46,018 bases of DNA from Bdellovibrionia bacterium (GCA_045805065.1 JBJMMA010000040.1:1-46018); one strand, 5' to 3'. Positions 1 to 9,157 are shown, counted from the first letter of the stretch. A program made the numbers and translations. Notes: generated from the letters alone by a model not told the origin.

Positions 1-69
1 AAGAGCCAGGTGATGAATGCGAGTGTCGCGAAAATATCGATCGCTTGCGAAGATCTTGAGCGGGGCTAA
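1..69 (+). CDS. probable 3' end of a gene entering from outside the window
   Basis: Frame 1 is open from base 1 to TAA at 67-69 (KSQVMNASVAKISIACEDLERG*). It converges on the next gene with a hairpin between them. Confidence 0.35.
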   Translation, partial: KSQVMNASVAKISIACEDLERG

Positions 70-72
70 GAG

Positions 73-95
73 GACAGTCGTATTCTACGACTGTC
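73..95. terminator. perfect hairpin between convergent genes
   Basis: GACAGTCGTA-TTC-TACGACTGTC, a 10-bp inverted repeat directly after the stop at 98. There is no clear U-tract. Confidence 0.45.
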
Positions 96-97
96 TA

Positions 98-970
98 CTA
101 GTGCCGAACCAAAACTTCGTCTTCGCTCTCGCCATCACGAGCAACGAGTGCAGCTTCAGCAGCCAAGCGCTTTGCTTCGGCAGCCTGTGCTTCACGCTCG
201 CGCATTGCCTTGGCAATGGCTACGAGGCGCTCAACAGCAGAGACGTTGGAGAGAACAGCAACCATGGTGAGAGCCGCAACCATCGGATGACCGATCGCGA
301 CTGGAAATTCACGAGATGCTTCCCACCAAGGGATGGTGACTGGAGAAAGAGCGGCACCCAAAATGAGATAAAGAGCGCGCTCTGGACGACGCATGCTGCC
401 TTTTGGAGGGCTCACTTGAAGAGCTTCTGCCTTGGCAGAAGAGTAACTCACCATGAAAGAGCCAACGAGGGCTGCCATCGTGAGGACCATGAGGACCGGA
501 ATCTCACGGTAGTAAATGATCAAACCACCCAAAAACATGAACTCAGCGTAGCGATCGACTGCGGCATCAAGAACTTCACCGGCATCCGACGAAGTGCCCG
601 ACATACGAGCCACGAGTCCATCGAGCGAATCCATCACGGCAGAAACGCAGGCAAACGCAGCACCTGATCCGAAGTGACCAAATGCCAGGCAAAGACCTGC
701 AAGAACTCCGAAAGCGAAAGATGCCCAGGAGATTCCATTCGGGGTGATTCGGCAATAAACGAGAAATTTTCCAAGAGGCTGAAGGAACCAGTAAAAGGCT
801 TCCATCATCTCTTTGCTCAGAAGAGCACTGGCGCCTTGCTTGTCCACGCGATCAAATTGCGCTCGACCCTTGCGAACCACTCGAACCAGGTAAGCTCCGG
901 CAATCAGAGCAACGAGGCCAAAGAGAATCGCGGTGTAGATCCATTGCAAGTCAGCGAGAGACGCCATCAT
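98..970 (-). CDS. CDP-alcohol phosphatidyltransferase (phosphatidylinositol-phosphate synthase-like)
   Basis: Signature DSLDGLVAR...G...DAAVDRYAE, the TPN motif and multiple TM helices. It lies directly downstream of ino1. Confidence 0.9.
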   Translation of the reverse strand: MMASLADLQWIYTAILFGLVALIAGAYLVRVVRKGRAQFDRVDKQGASALLSKEMMEAFYWFLQPLGKFLVYCRITPNGISWASFAFGVLAGLCLAFGHFGSGAAFACVSAVMDSLDGLVARMSGTSSDAGEVLDAAVDRYAEFMFLGGLIIYYREIPVLMVLTMAALVGSFMVSYSSAKAEALQVSPPKGSMRRPERALYLILGAALSPVTIPWWEASREFPVAIGHPMVAALTMVAVLSNVSAVERLVAIAKAMREREAQAAEAKRLAAEAALVARDGESEDEVLVRH

Positions 971-1016
971 ATATTTTTATTATCGGGAATTTAGCCCGAA
1001 ACCTCAACTCTTGGAC

Positions 1017-1043
1017 CTTTGGCCCGGCATGCACCGGGCCAAA
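1017..1043. other. GC-rich stem-loop between ino1 and the phosphatidyltransferase gene
   Basis: TTTGGCCCGG-CATGCA-CCGGGCCAAA. No U-tract follows on the minus strand, so it is more likely an mRNA-stabilising or regulatory hairpin than a terminator. Confidence 0.45.
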
Positions 1044-1063
1044 AGTTCCTAAAAGTTCAGTAA

Positions 1064-2434
1064 TTACCGGCTTTCTTCAGGCTCGGTAACTCCGTAATAA
1101 GTCAATCCCAAGTGATTGATCAGCTCTTCATTCGTGAAGAAACGGAGCGTATTTTCAAGCTTCAAGAGCTGTACCGACAAGTCATGCTCTGGGCTAAGTC
1201 CTTGTTTTACAACAGGAGCCTTGAAGTAGAAAGACAACCATTCTTGAATGCCGCGGAGTCCTGCGCGACCGGCCAAATCCATGAAAAGAGCCAAGTCGAG
1301 GACGATTGGGGCTGCTAAGATGGAGTCACGGCAGAGGAAGTTGACCTTGATCTGCATTGGGTAACCGAGCCATCCGAAGATGTCGATGTTGTCCCAGCCT
1401 TCTTTGTTATCGCCACGTGGTGGGTAGTAGTTAATACGAACAACGTGGGAGATATCGCTGTAGAGGTCTGGATAACGCTCTGCAGAAAGGATGTCATCCA
1501 AAACGCCGGTCTTGGAAACTTCCTTGGACTTGAAAGAACCTGGATCGTCGAGAACTTCGCCGTCGCGGTTTCCAAGAATGTTCGTGCTGTACCAGCCTGC
1601 AACGCCGAGCTGGCGGTTACGAAGGCCCGGAGCAAGAACGGTCTTGATCAAGGTTTGACCGGTTTTGAAATCGGATCCGCAGATCGGGGTTCCCATTTCT
1701 TGTGCGAGCTCTTGCAAGCAAGGCATTTCAACAGAAACGTTTGGAGAACCGTTTGCGTATGGAACGCGCTCTTTCAGAGCTGCGTAGGTGTAGATCTGAG
1801 AAGGAGAAATCGCTGGGTCGTTGTTACGCAGACCTTCTTCGAATGACTTCAATGATTGGTGAACAGCCGTTGCTGGGGTGTAAACTTCGGTAGAAGCACA
1901 CCAGACCATGACAGCGCGATCGCAGCCGTTGGCCTTCATGAAGTTGCGGATGTCAGCGCGGAGTTGTTCCGCGAGTTCCATCTTGTTTGCACCCTTCTTG
2001 ACGTTCGGGCCGTCGAGGCGCTTCACGAATTCGCGGTCGAAAACTGCTGGCATTGGAACGATCTTCGAAAGAGGCTCTTTCAAAGCTTCGATCTGTTCTT
2101 TTTCAAGAACCTTGGCGTGCTTTGCAGCTTCGTACGCGTTTTCTGGGAAAAGATCCCAGCCGCCGAAGACGATGTCATTCAGAGAAGCCAGTGGAACGAG
2201 TTCGTTCACCTTCTTGAAGCGCTTCTCGGTGCGCTTGCCGAGGCGAACTTCACCCATCTGGGTGTAAGAGCCGATCGGCTTTGCCATCCCACGCTTCACA
2301 GCTTCGACGCCAGCGAAGAGCGTCGTAGCAACTGCGCCCATTCCCGGAGTGAGAACGGCGAGCTTGCCTTTAGCAGGAGCGATGTTGAGTGGTTGAGAAT
2401 TAGTATTTGAAGGTGTCATGAAAACGGACTCCAT
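1064..2434 (-). CDS. ino1: myo-inositol-1-phosphate synthase
   Basis: Motifs GMGAVATT, GGWD, NGSP, GSDFKTGQT, STNILGNRDG, YYPPRGDNKEGWD, CRDSILAAP and LSFYFKAP. The start may be 2419. Confidence 0.96.
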   Translation of the reverse strand: MESVFMTPSNTNSQPLNIAPAKGKLAVLTPGMGAVATTLFAGVEAVKRGMAKPIGSYTQMGEVRLGKRTEKRFKKVNELVPLASLNDIVFGGWDLFPENAYEAAKHAKVLEKEQIEALKEPLSKIVPMPAVFDREFVKRLDGPNVKKGANKMELAEQLRADIRNFMKANGCDRAVMVWCASTEVYTPATAVHQSLKSFEEGLRNNDPAISPSQIYTYAALKERVPYANGSPNVSVEMPCLQELAQEMGTPICGSDFKTGQTLIKTVLAPGLRNRQLGVAGWYSTNILGNRDGEVLDDPGSFKSKEVSKTGVLDDILSAERYPDLYSDISHVVRINYYPPRGDNKEGWDNIDIFGWLGYPMQIKVNFLCRDSILAAPIVLDLALFMDLAGRAGLRGIQEWLSFYFKAPVVKQGLSPEHDLSVQLLKLENTLRFFTNEELINHLGLTYYGVTEPEESR

Positions 2435-2538
2435 TTAAAAATTGTTGGAATGGGGCAGTAATAGTCTAAATTAGTCTCTAACGCAAATGTTCAAATGTCT
2501 CAGTTGAACTGATTTACTCTACGAATTATTTCCGGGAG

Positions 2539-3630
2539 TCATACTCCCACAAGCGGCATCTCGCGGCAGCCTTCCTCCGCAGACCGGTAGGCCTGCGTGA
2601 TGAGCTCAATGCAGCGATAGGCTTCTTTCGCCTCTTTACCGACGAAATCATCGTTTTGAATGGCGATTTTGAACTGGTCCACGAGAGAGTTGAACCAGCT
2701 CACGTGGCTTGCATCCATCCAGTTCGAAGCGATGGCACGCTTTTCGACGTTCCAGCGAACCGCGCCTTGAGCCACATCCGGGCCTCCGGTGGATTCCATG
2801 ACCGCCAATTGCAGATCATCGTCATCGACCGTAATCGCGCCTCTTTCACCTTGAACTGTGTAAATGACCTTACGAACCCCTGCCGTCCAGGTCAGGTGCG
2901 CGCTGGCCAATCCGTTCGGGAAAGTCAGAACAGCATTGAAATTATCCTCAGTGTCATATTTCTCAGGCTCAAGATTGCTCATCTTCGCGGTCACAGCCGT
3001 TGGATAAGAGCCAAGCCAGTCAAAAGTGAGGTAGAAAGTGTGGCTGCCATGGTCCATGGCGATACCGCCGCCGCTGTACTTCTTGGAACGGCGCCAGTGG
3101 GTCTTCCACTCGGTCACGCCCTTGGCGTGAGTGTTGCGGTACGTATTGAGCGTGAGAGAGCGGACTTTGCCGATCTTTCCGCTTTCAATGATCTCGCGGA
3201 TCGCGCGAACCACTGGAGCATGCTTGTAATTATGGCACGGGAACAGAACGCGTTTTGCGCGCTGAGCGTGCTCAAGAAGCGATTTCGCTTCTTCTAAAGT
3301 CGTGGTGAGCGGCTTTTCGCACAGAACATGGAGTCCCTTGTCCAGGGCCGCATGAGCGATCTCGGCATGGTCACAAGGAGGCGTCGAGACATCGACGAAA
3401 TCAAGGTTTGCCGCTTCAGCGTCCAGCAATGCCTTGTAATCGGAGTAAATACGAACGCCTGGCAAAGCCTCTTGAGCCTGGTTCCGGCGGCCTTCGCAAA
3501 TATCAGCAACGGCGATGATTTGAACGTCGCCTAAGGTCTTAGCTCTCTCCAGATAAGCCGGGATATGCCCCTTGCCTGAGATGAAGCCATAACCAATGAC
3601 GGCACCTTTTAAAACTTTTTTTGATGTCAT
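2539..3630 (-). CDS. Gfo/Idh/MocA family NAD(P)-dependent oxidoreductase
   Basis: N-terminal Rossmann motif AVIGYGFI, HVLCEKP, and GGGIAMDHGSH. Confidence 0.92.
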   Translation of the reverse strand: MTSKKVLKGAVIGYGFISGKGHIPAYLERAKTLGDVQIIAVADICEGRRNQAQEALPGVRIYSDYKALLDAEAANLDFVDVSTPPCDHAEIAHAALDKGLHVLCEKPLTTTLEEAKSLLEHAQRAKRVLFPCHNYKHAPVVRAIREIIESGKIGKVRSLTLNTYRNTHAKGVTEWKTHWRRSKKYSGGGIAMDHGSHTFYLTFDWLGSYPTAVTAKMSNLEPEKYDTEDNFNAVLTFPNGLASAHLTWTAGVRKVIYTVQGERGAITVDDDDLQLAVMESTGGPDVAQGAVRWNVEKRAIASNWMDASHVSWFNSLVDQFKIAIQNDDFVGKEAKEAYRCIELITQAYRSAEEGCREMPLVGV

Positions 3631-3692
3631 AGGAGGAGCCAACTCTACATCAGCCTTGCGCTGGGCTCAACTAAAGATCTACAAAGTGAACT

Positions 3693-4031
3693 ATGTCGTC
3701 TCAATTGAAGCCAATTCCCAAAAAAGTCGAACCTTTCAGCCCAAAAGAGATCCTGATTGCCTGGAGCGACGGGAAGGAATGCACCCTCCCCTACACTGAG
3801 CTACGTTTTCAGTGCCCTTGCGCAAGCTGCGTGGACGAGCATACCGGCAAGAGAATTATCCGCCGGGAGTCGATCAATCCCGATGTTCGTCCTACCGGGG
3901 TTCAGCCTGTTGGGCGCTATGCACTTCAATTTTCCTGGAGCGATGGCCACTCGACCGGCATCTACCATTACGATCGCCTGTATGAGCTTTGCTCAGACAA
4001 GAGTTCAGGCAAAAGTTCAGACAAGAGTTAA
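3693..4031 (+). CDS. DUF971 / gamma-butyrobetaine hydroxylase N-terminal-like protein
   Basis: WSDG...LRFQCPCASC...VGRYALQFSWSDGHSTGIY...L pattern. Confidence 0.9.
   Translation: MSSQLKPIPKKVEPFSPKEILIAWSDGKECTLPYTELRFQCPCASCVDEHTGKRIIRRESINPDVRPTGVQPVGRYALQFSWSDGHSTGIYHYDRLYELCSDKSSGKSSDKS
3993..4028 (+). repeat. 3 x 12-bp imperfect tandem repeat at the gene 3' end
   Basis: TCAGACAAGAGT-TCAGGCAAAAGT-TCAGACAAGAGT, encoding SDKS-SGKS-SDKS. Confidence 0.75.
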
Positions 4032-4063
4032 AGACCAGCCGCAGGCCTGAGAGCGGCCGCACT

Positions 4064-5986
4064 TCAGTTAGCAAAGCCCGCCTCAGGAAAGCGCTTCATG
4101 ATGAAGTCCAGGATCGACATCACCGTCTTTCGGGTGCCAAGCTCTTCTCTTTCGTTCATAAGCTGAAGATCCGGATCTCCGTAGAGATAGGATTTCTGAA
4201 TCAACGAATCAAAGAAGCCGGTCGTATCGGCGCCGATCTTCGGGCTTGCGATAAAGAACGCAGTCTCAGAGTTCAAGCGGCGTGAACGCTGATCGAGGTT
4301 ATGACTGCCGATGAACGAATACTTTCCGTCGATCACGCCAAACTTCGCGTGAAGCTTTCCGTAAAACTCGTTCGGATGCACCAGGCGTCCCAAATGATCC
4401 CGAATTTTTCCCTTATTGAAGATCCGGTTATTGAGTCTGCCGAACTGGTAAACCTGGATTTTTGAATCCTGGTTATTGAACATGCCTTCACTGATCTTAT
4501 GGGTGATCGGATCCACGCAGCGATACGGGCCCTCTTTCAATAGCTCGGGCGCGCTCTCGAGCTCAAACGACGTCAAGGTCAGGGCGCTGTCGGACGTCGC
4601 CTTGGAGCTCGACAGAATCCGGATCGTGCGACCTGGCTTTTCCATCACCCATTTCTTCATGCACTCCCGCTCATTGCGTGGAATGAAGAGATAGGGTGTG
4701 CAGATATCAATGCTTTTCTCGGCATTGTGGATCAAACCGCGAATCTGCTGATAGATCGAATCGCCGTTGAAAAGCTTTTCAACAAAAGGTGCGTTCGGAT
4801 CGACAAAAACATCGGTCCCGCGACGCTTGAGGTTTTGGATCTCGTTTCCAGGAGAAAGGTATACATTCACCAGTCCCTGTTTCGCGTAATCCGCGCCGCC
4901 TCTCCCCTTCATTCTGGCGTAGAGATCTTTCAAGATCGGATCTTCTTCCAGACGAGCCGCGGCTCCTTCAATATGGATGGTTGCCTTGCGGGAGAAGGAA
5001 TTCGCCCAGTAGCCCAGGATGGAATCCTCGACGGGCTCGCCGAGATCTTTCAAATTGATCCAGGCATTTCCCTTGGAGCAGAAGAGATTCTGATAATGCT
5101 TGCCCAGCGTATTTTCCAAAGTGCGTGGGTCACGGGACCTTGGATCGTTCATCAAAAGCACTTCAAGATCGGCGTAGGTGCCGTCATCTTTTGCTGGATA
5201 TGCAAAATAATGATTATCGATGTTTCGTCCACCCACAATGGCTACGGCGTCTTCGCGGCTTTCCTTGTCGACGAGCAAAATCTTATCATGCGAGCGGCGA
5301 TTCCAGTTCAATGCGGTCTCGCTGGAAATGTCGACTTCATCAATGAGGCGATCTTTCAAGTTGCTCAAGAGAGTCCTTGGACGTCCCAGCGGATGAAAGA
5401 TCACGATATCCACTGTTCCAGGATTGAGCCCGGATTTGACCATCTCCTTGCGCGCAAGAAGCAAGGCGCGAAGATGCCGATATTGATCGGTAACGGTTTC
5501 GGCGATGGATCCGCCGCCATCAATCATGAAACGAACGTTCACACCGCGCAGAATCGCCATGCGAAGTTCGTCCAAGATGGCTTTTGCGGTTTCGTCCGGA
5601 GTAAAAATATAGGTCGAGATGTCGACGCTTTTCTTGGCCTGCTCGATCAAAAGGAGCTTCACCAGCAGCGCTTCGTGGGAGTCAGCAAGAATCTTGGCTC
5701 GACCCGGAAAGTACCCTGTGCTCTGTGACTCGAAATTGGAGACCGAATCCGATTCAAGTGAGCGCTCGCCGCAGACTTCGATCTTTCTCTTTTTCTGATC
5801 GTCGGTCATCAGCTCCTGCCCGCGAGCACGAGAGTCTTGCTCGTAGTTTTCTGAATAAGAAGAGGCTGGAGAGCGGTCACTGCCCGCAACGTTTGAGTTC
5901 GAAGAAAGATAGAGGCCGCAGAAAAGAATAGACAGACCGATGAACGATCCGATTTTTTTCTGTCTGGCGACTCTCCTCAGCGGCAT
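4064..5986 (-). CDS. phospholipase D family protein (two HKD motifs), N-terminal signal/anchor
   Basis: RRSHDKILLVD...GGRNI and KLHAKFGVID...GSHNLDQRS; hydrophobic N-terminus. Confidence 0.92.
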   Translation of the reverse strand: MPLRRVARQKKIGSFIGLSILFCGLYLSSNSNVAGSDRSPASSYSENYEQDSRARGQELMTDDQKKRKIEVCGERSLESDSVSNFESQSTGYFPGRAKILADSHEALLVKLLLIEQAKKSVDISTYIFTPDETAKAILDELRMAILRGVNVRFMIDGGGSIAETVTDQYRHLRALLLARKEMVKSGLNPGTVDIVIFHPLGRPRTLLSNLKDRLIDEVDISSETALNWNRRSHDKILLVDKESREDAVAIVGGRNIDNHYFAYPAKDDGTYADLEVLLMNDPRSRDPRTLENTLGKHYQNLFCSKGNAWINLKDLGEPVEDSILGYWANSFSRKATIHIEGAAARLEEDPILKDLYARMKGRGGADYAKQGLVNVYLSPGNEIQNLKRRGTDVFVDPNAPFVEKLFNGDSIYQQIRGLIHNAEKSIDICTPYLFIPRNERECMKKWVMEKPGRTIRILSSSKATSDSALTLTSFELESAPELLKEGPYRCVDPITHKISEGMFNNQDSKIQVYQFGRLNNRIFNKGKIRDHLGRLVHPNEFYGKLHAKFGVIDGKYSFIGSHNLDQRSRRLNSETAFFIASPKIGADTTGFFDSLIQKSYLYGDPDLQLMNEREELGTRKTVMSILDFIMKRFPEAGFAN

Positions 5987-6017
5987 ACTTCAAAAACCTC
6001 TCAGCGAACCTGATTAA

Positions 6018-6034
6018 GGCAAATTACGTACCCA
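6018..6034 (-). promoter_or_regulatory. putative sigma54 (-24/-12) promoter of PLD copy 1
   Basis: The minus strand reads GG-TACGTAATTT-GC (GG-N10-GC), about 30 bp upstream of the start. Confidence 0.55.
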
Positions 6035-6229
6035 ATTCCTCAATCAAATCAAATACACGTCAATTCTGCAGACCAGCCCCTGATTCATAGAAGATTCAAA
6101 CACTTGGACCCTGTCTGAATGAGAAGCCATCTTTCCTTCACAAAACCAACTGATCCGCTCCTGTCGAACTTTTAAACACCCGTCAATGATTTAGGCTTCA
6201 CAAGCAGGCTCGGAATTAGCCTGAATCCG

Positions 6230-8143
6230 CTAGTTAGCGAATGCGGCCTGGGGGATATGCTCATTGATAAAGGCCAGGATCGACATGAGCTTCTTTCTCA
6301 TCTTGAGCTCAGGCCTTGCGTTCATGATCGCAAGATCAGGATCTCCGTAGAGATAAGAGCGCGCCAGGGCCTTCTCAAACTCCTGGGTCAGATCCGCGCC
6401 GATCTTCGAGCTGTCCACAAAGAACACGGTCTCGGAGTTCAAACGACGGGAGCGTTGATCGAGGTTATGGCTTCCCACGAATGAGACTCGTCCATCGATG
6501 ATTCCATACTTGGAGTGAAGCTTTCCGTAAAAGTTCGCCGGCGCAACGAGTTGCCCGCGGCTGTCTCTCACCTCGCCTTTTGTGAACATCTTGTTATCGA
6601 GGCGGCCGAGTTGATAGACCTGAATTTTCTGATCGTGGTTATCAAATTCGCCTTCGGTCACTTCATGTGTGACAGGGTCCTCGCAGCGGTAGTGTCCTTC
6701 GCGCATGAACTCAGGGGCGCTTTCATGCTGAAACGTTGCCATCGCAAGCGCGCTGTCAGAAGTCGCGCTGGAGTTCGATAGAAGCCTGATTTTTCTTCCA
6801 GGCTTTTGCATGACCCATTTCTTGAGGCAATCGCGCTCATTCTGGGCGACAAAGACGTAAGGCGTGCATACATCAATCGATTTATCTGCCTTGGCCATGA
6901 GCCGAACGAGTTCAGAATAAATCGAATCGCCGTTCACGTATTTCTCAACAAACGGTGCGTTTGGATCCACGATCACATCCGAGATCGGGCGCTTGAGGTT
7001 TTGAATCTCATTGCCGTGCATGAGTTTTCCGCGCACCAGGCCGTCTTCCAAAAATGCAAAACCGCTGGAGCCTTTCATCTCACGATAAAGCTCGCGCAAG
7101 CCGCCCTCGTTCAAGAGGCGCTCAAAGCCACCTTCCATGCGAAGAAGCGCGTGGCGTGATGGTAGATCACCCAAGCTCTCAATCCGCTCCAGACCCAACC
7201 AACGATTACCCTTGGAGCAGAAGAGGTTCTGAAAATGTTTTCCAAGGGTATTGGTGATGTTTCTGGAATCCGTGGATCTTGGATCATTTGCGGTCAAAAT
7301 CTCCATATCCTCGTAAGTGTCTTGATCGACCTGCGGATAGCCGTAGTAAGCGTTATGAATGTTTCGTCCGCCCACGATCGCCATCGTGGCCTCTGGGATT
7401 TCCTTATCGATCATGAAAATTTTGTCGTGTGAGCGGCGATCCCAGTTAAGACCCGTCTCACTGGAAAGGTTCACATCATCGATGACCTTCTCTTTCATAT
7501 TGCTCAGGATCGTATTGAAGCGTCCGAGCGGATGAAAGATCACGATATCAAGTTGCCCTGGTTTCAGGCCGCTTTTCTCAGCCAGTTTTTTTGCCAGCAG
7601 CAGTGCGCGAGGCGCGCGGTATTGATCCTTGATCGCCTCACCCATGGATCCACCCGCATCGATCATAAAGCGCACGTTCACGCCACGGATCAGAGCCAGA
7701 CGAAGGCCATCCAAGATCGCGAGTGCGGATTCGTCGGCTTCGAAAATATAGGTTGAGATATCGATGCTTTTTTGAGCTTTTTCGATCAAAAGAAGTTTTG
7801 CGAGAAGCGCCTCATGGGGATCCGCAAGCACTTTGATTTTGCCAGGGAACCAGCCCGTAGGCTGCGCCTTGAAACCGCTGAGAGTATCCACGCTGATTGC
7901 TTCTGGGCCGCAGACTTCGATCTTGCGCTGTTTTTGCGCGGGCCGCATGAGCTCTTCTGCGCCATCGCGAGTGATGTCATCTCGGACTTTTGGTTCGAGT
8001 GGAACTTGGGGATTGGAGGCAAGGCTTCGCCAGAGGTTAGCTCCCGTTTTTAGAGGGGTGCCTTGAACCCAGCAAATCGCGGTAACCGCGGATACGCCCA
8101 ATGCGATCACGCCTGCGCCAATTCCCATAAAAGCTTTGTTCAT
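6230..8143 (-). CDS. phospholipase D family protein, tandem paralog
   Basis: RRSHDKIFMID...GGRNI and KLHSKYGIID...GSHNLDQRS. It is colinear with 4064..5986 over its whole length. Confidence 0.92.
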   Translation of the reverse strand: MNKAFMGIGAGVIALGVSAVTAICWVQGTPLKTGANLWRSLASNPQVPLEPKVRDDITRDGAEELMRPAQKQRKIEVCGPEAISVDTLSGFKAQPTGWFPGKIKVLADPHEALLAKLLLIEKAQKSIDISTYIFEADESALAILDGLRLALIRGVNVRFMIDAGGSMGEAIKDQYRAPRALLLAKKLAEKSGLKPGQLDIVIFHPLGRFNTILSNMKEKVIDDVNLSSETGLNWDRRSHDKIFMIDKEIPEATMAIVGGRNIHNAYYGYPQVDQDTYEDMEILTANDPRSTDSRNITNTLGKHFQNLFCSKGNRWLGLERIESLGDLPSRHALLRMEGGFERLLNEGGLRELYREMKGSSGFAFLEDGLVRGKLMHGNEIQNLKRPISDVIVDPNAPFVEKYVNGDSIYSELVRLMAKADKSIDVCTPYVFVAQNERDCLKKWVMQKPGRKIRLLSNSSATSDSALAMATFQHESAPEFMREGHYRCEDPVTHEVTEGEFDNHDQKIQVYQLGRLDNKMFTKGEVRDSRGQLVAPANFYGKLHSKYGIIDGRVSFVGSHNLDQRSRRLNSETVFFVDSSKIGADLTQEFEKALARSYLYGDPDLAIMNARPELKMRKKLMSILAFINEHIPQAAFAN

Positions 8144-8190
8144 ACTGCTTTGCCTCTCACTCTCAGGTGACTCTCTTGGGGGGCATGAAA

Positions 8191-8206
8191 GGCAAGAGAT
8201 GTACCG
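8191..8206 (-). promoter_or_regulatory. putative sigma54 (-24/-12) promoter of PLD copy 2
   Basis: The minus strand reads GG-TACATCTCTT-GC (GG-N10-GC), matching the motif upstream of the paralog. Confidence 0.55.
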
Positions 8207-8300
8207 GCGGGTCGCTAGGCTCAGACGTAATAGGATTGCTTGTGAATGGATCTGACTGTCAAAAGTTTAGACAGGTGACTTGAATGGTCACTGAAAGACT

Positions 8301-8723
8301 TCACTCTTTGCTGTTCTTACAAGACTCAAAACCAACAAACTTAGGATAAGAGAGCCCGATCACGCATTGAATCGCGGCTTCGCTTACAATCTCACTGCAA
8401 CGATCAATATCGCGTGAGGTGAACTTCACTGAACCATCCGGTTGCTCAGCACTCTTGAAAGCCTGCATGACGTTCACGCAGGAAAGCGAGTTCTCATTAC
8501 TGATCAAGCCACAAGAGTGAATCTGCTGAGGCTCTGGGTTGGAAAGATACTGCACACAAGACAGCGAGTACTCGTCAGTGATGGCGCCACACGCGTCGGT
8601 TTGCTCAGCGCTTGGATTCTCCAGGCTCCCCACGCACTCGGCTTTGTAATCGACCGCAAAGGCGGAAGCTGAAGCCGAGAGAGACAAAAGAAGAGCCACG
8701 GTTTTCCAAGTCGTCGTTTTCAT
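8301..8723 (-). CDS. secreted cysteine-rich repeat protein, unknown function
   Basis: Signal peptide ending ASAFA, then ~26-aa repeats of the form CV..L.NP...Q...CG.I..E.SLS. Confidence 0.75.
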   Translation of the reverse strand: MKTTTWKTVALLLSLSASASAFAVDYKAECVGSLENPSAEQTDACGAITDEYSLSCVQYLSNPEPQQIHSCGLISNENSLSCVNVMQAFKSAEQPDGSVKFTSRDIDRCSEIVSEAAIQCVIGLSYPKFVGFESCKNSKE

Positions 8724-8775
8724 CGGCTCTGGGTTTTATAATATCATACTTATTTAGTCAACTAATATCCCTATA

Positions 8776-8806
8776 AACAAAAAGGACCGCCCGGGGGCAG
8801 TCCTTT
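8776..8806 (-). terminator. Rho-independent terminator after the FmdB-like gene
   Basis: Minus strand GGACUGCC-CCCG-GGCGGUCC followed by UUUUUGUUU. Confidence 0.8.
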
Positions 8807-8846
8807 CGTAAAATTAAGCTTTGGAAGTTAAGCTTGGCTCGAAGGC

Positions 8847-9047
8847 TTAGCCTTCAGAGGAGCTCCCCTTGCGCTTATAGTCAGTGGTGTACCATCCGCT
8901 GCCCTTGAGCGCGAAAGAAGTGGAGCTCATCAGCTTCTGAACTGGGCCTTTGCATTCTGGGCACTCCGACACAGGAGCATCCGAGAACTTCTGCATAACT
9001 TCAAAGACTTTGGTGCATTTCGAGCATTGGTATTCGTACAGAGGCAT
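8847..9047 (-). CDS. FmdB family zinc-ribbon regulatory protein
   Basis: MPLYEYQCSKC...CPECKG...FALKGSGWYTTDY; GGAG RBS upstream. Confidence 0.92.
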   Translation of the reverse strand: MPLYEYQCSKCTKVFEVMQKFSDAPVSECPECKGPVQKLMSSTSFALKGSGWYTTDYKRKGSSSEG

Positions 9048-9157
9048 GGTTACTTCTCCATTTTAAATCAGACTGATTTTAGAGATGATGTCTTTCTAAA
9101 GACTTGTCAAGCCGAAGACAACTGTTTTTGTACTGTATTCCCGAAAGAACAAACAAA

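Noticed and set aside
17..667. 216-aa plus-strand ORF
   Set aside because: It is the antisense shadow of the well-supported phosphatidyltransferase and has no motifs.
1027..1042. GG-N10-GC match (TGGCCCGGTGCATGC) on the minus strand
   Set aside because: It is embedded in a GC-rich hairpin and deviates from consensus at both boxes, so it is too weak to call a sigma54 promoter.
4727..5728. 333-aa plus-strand ORF
   Set aside because: It is antisense to the PLD gene and explained by codon bias; the equivalent frame is interrupted in the paralog.
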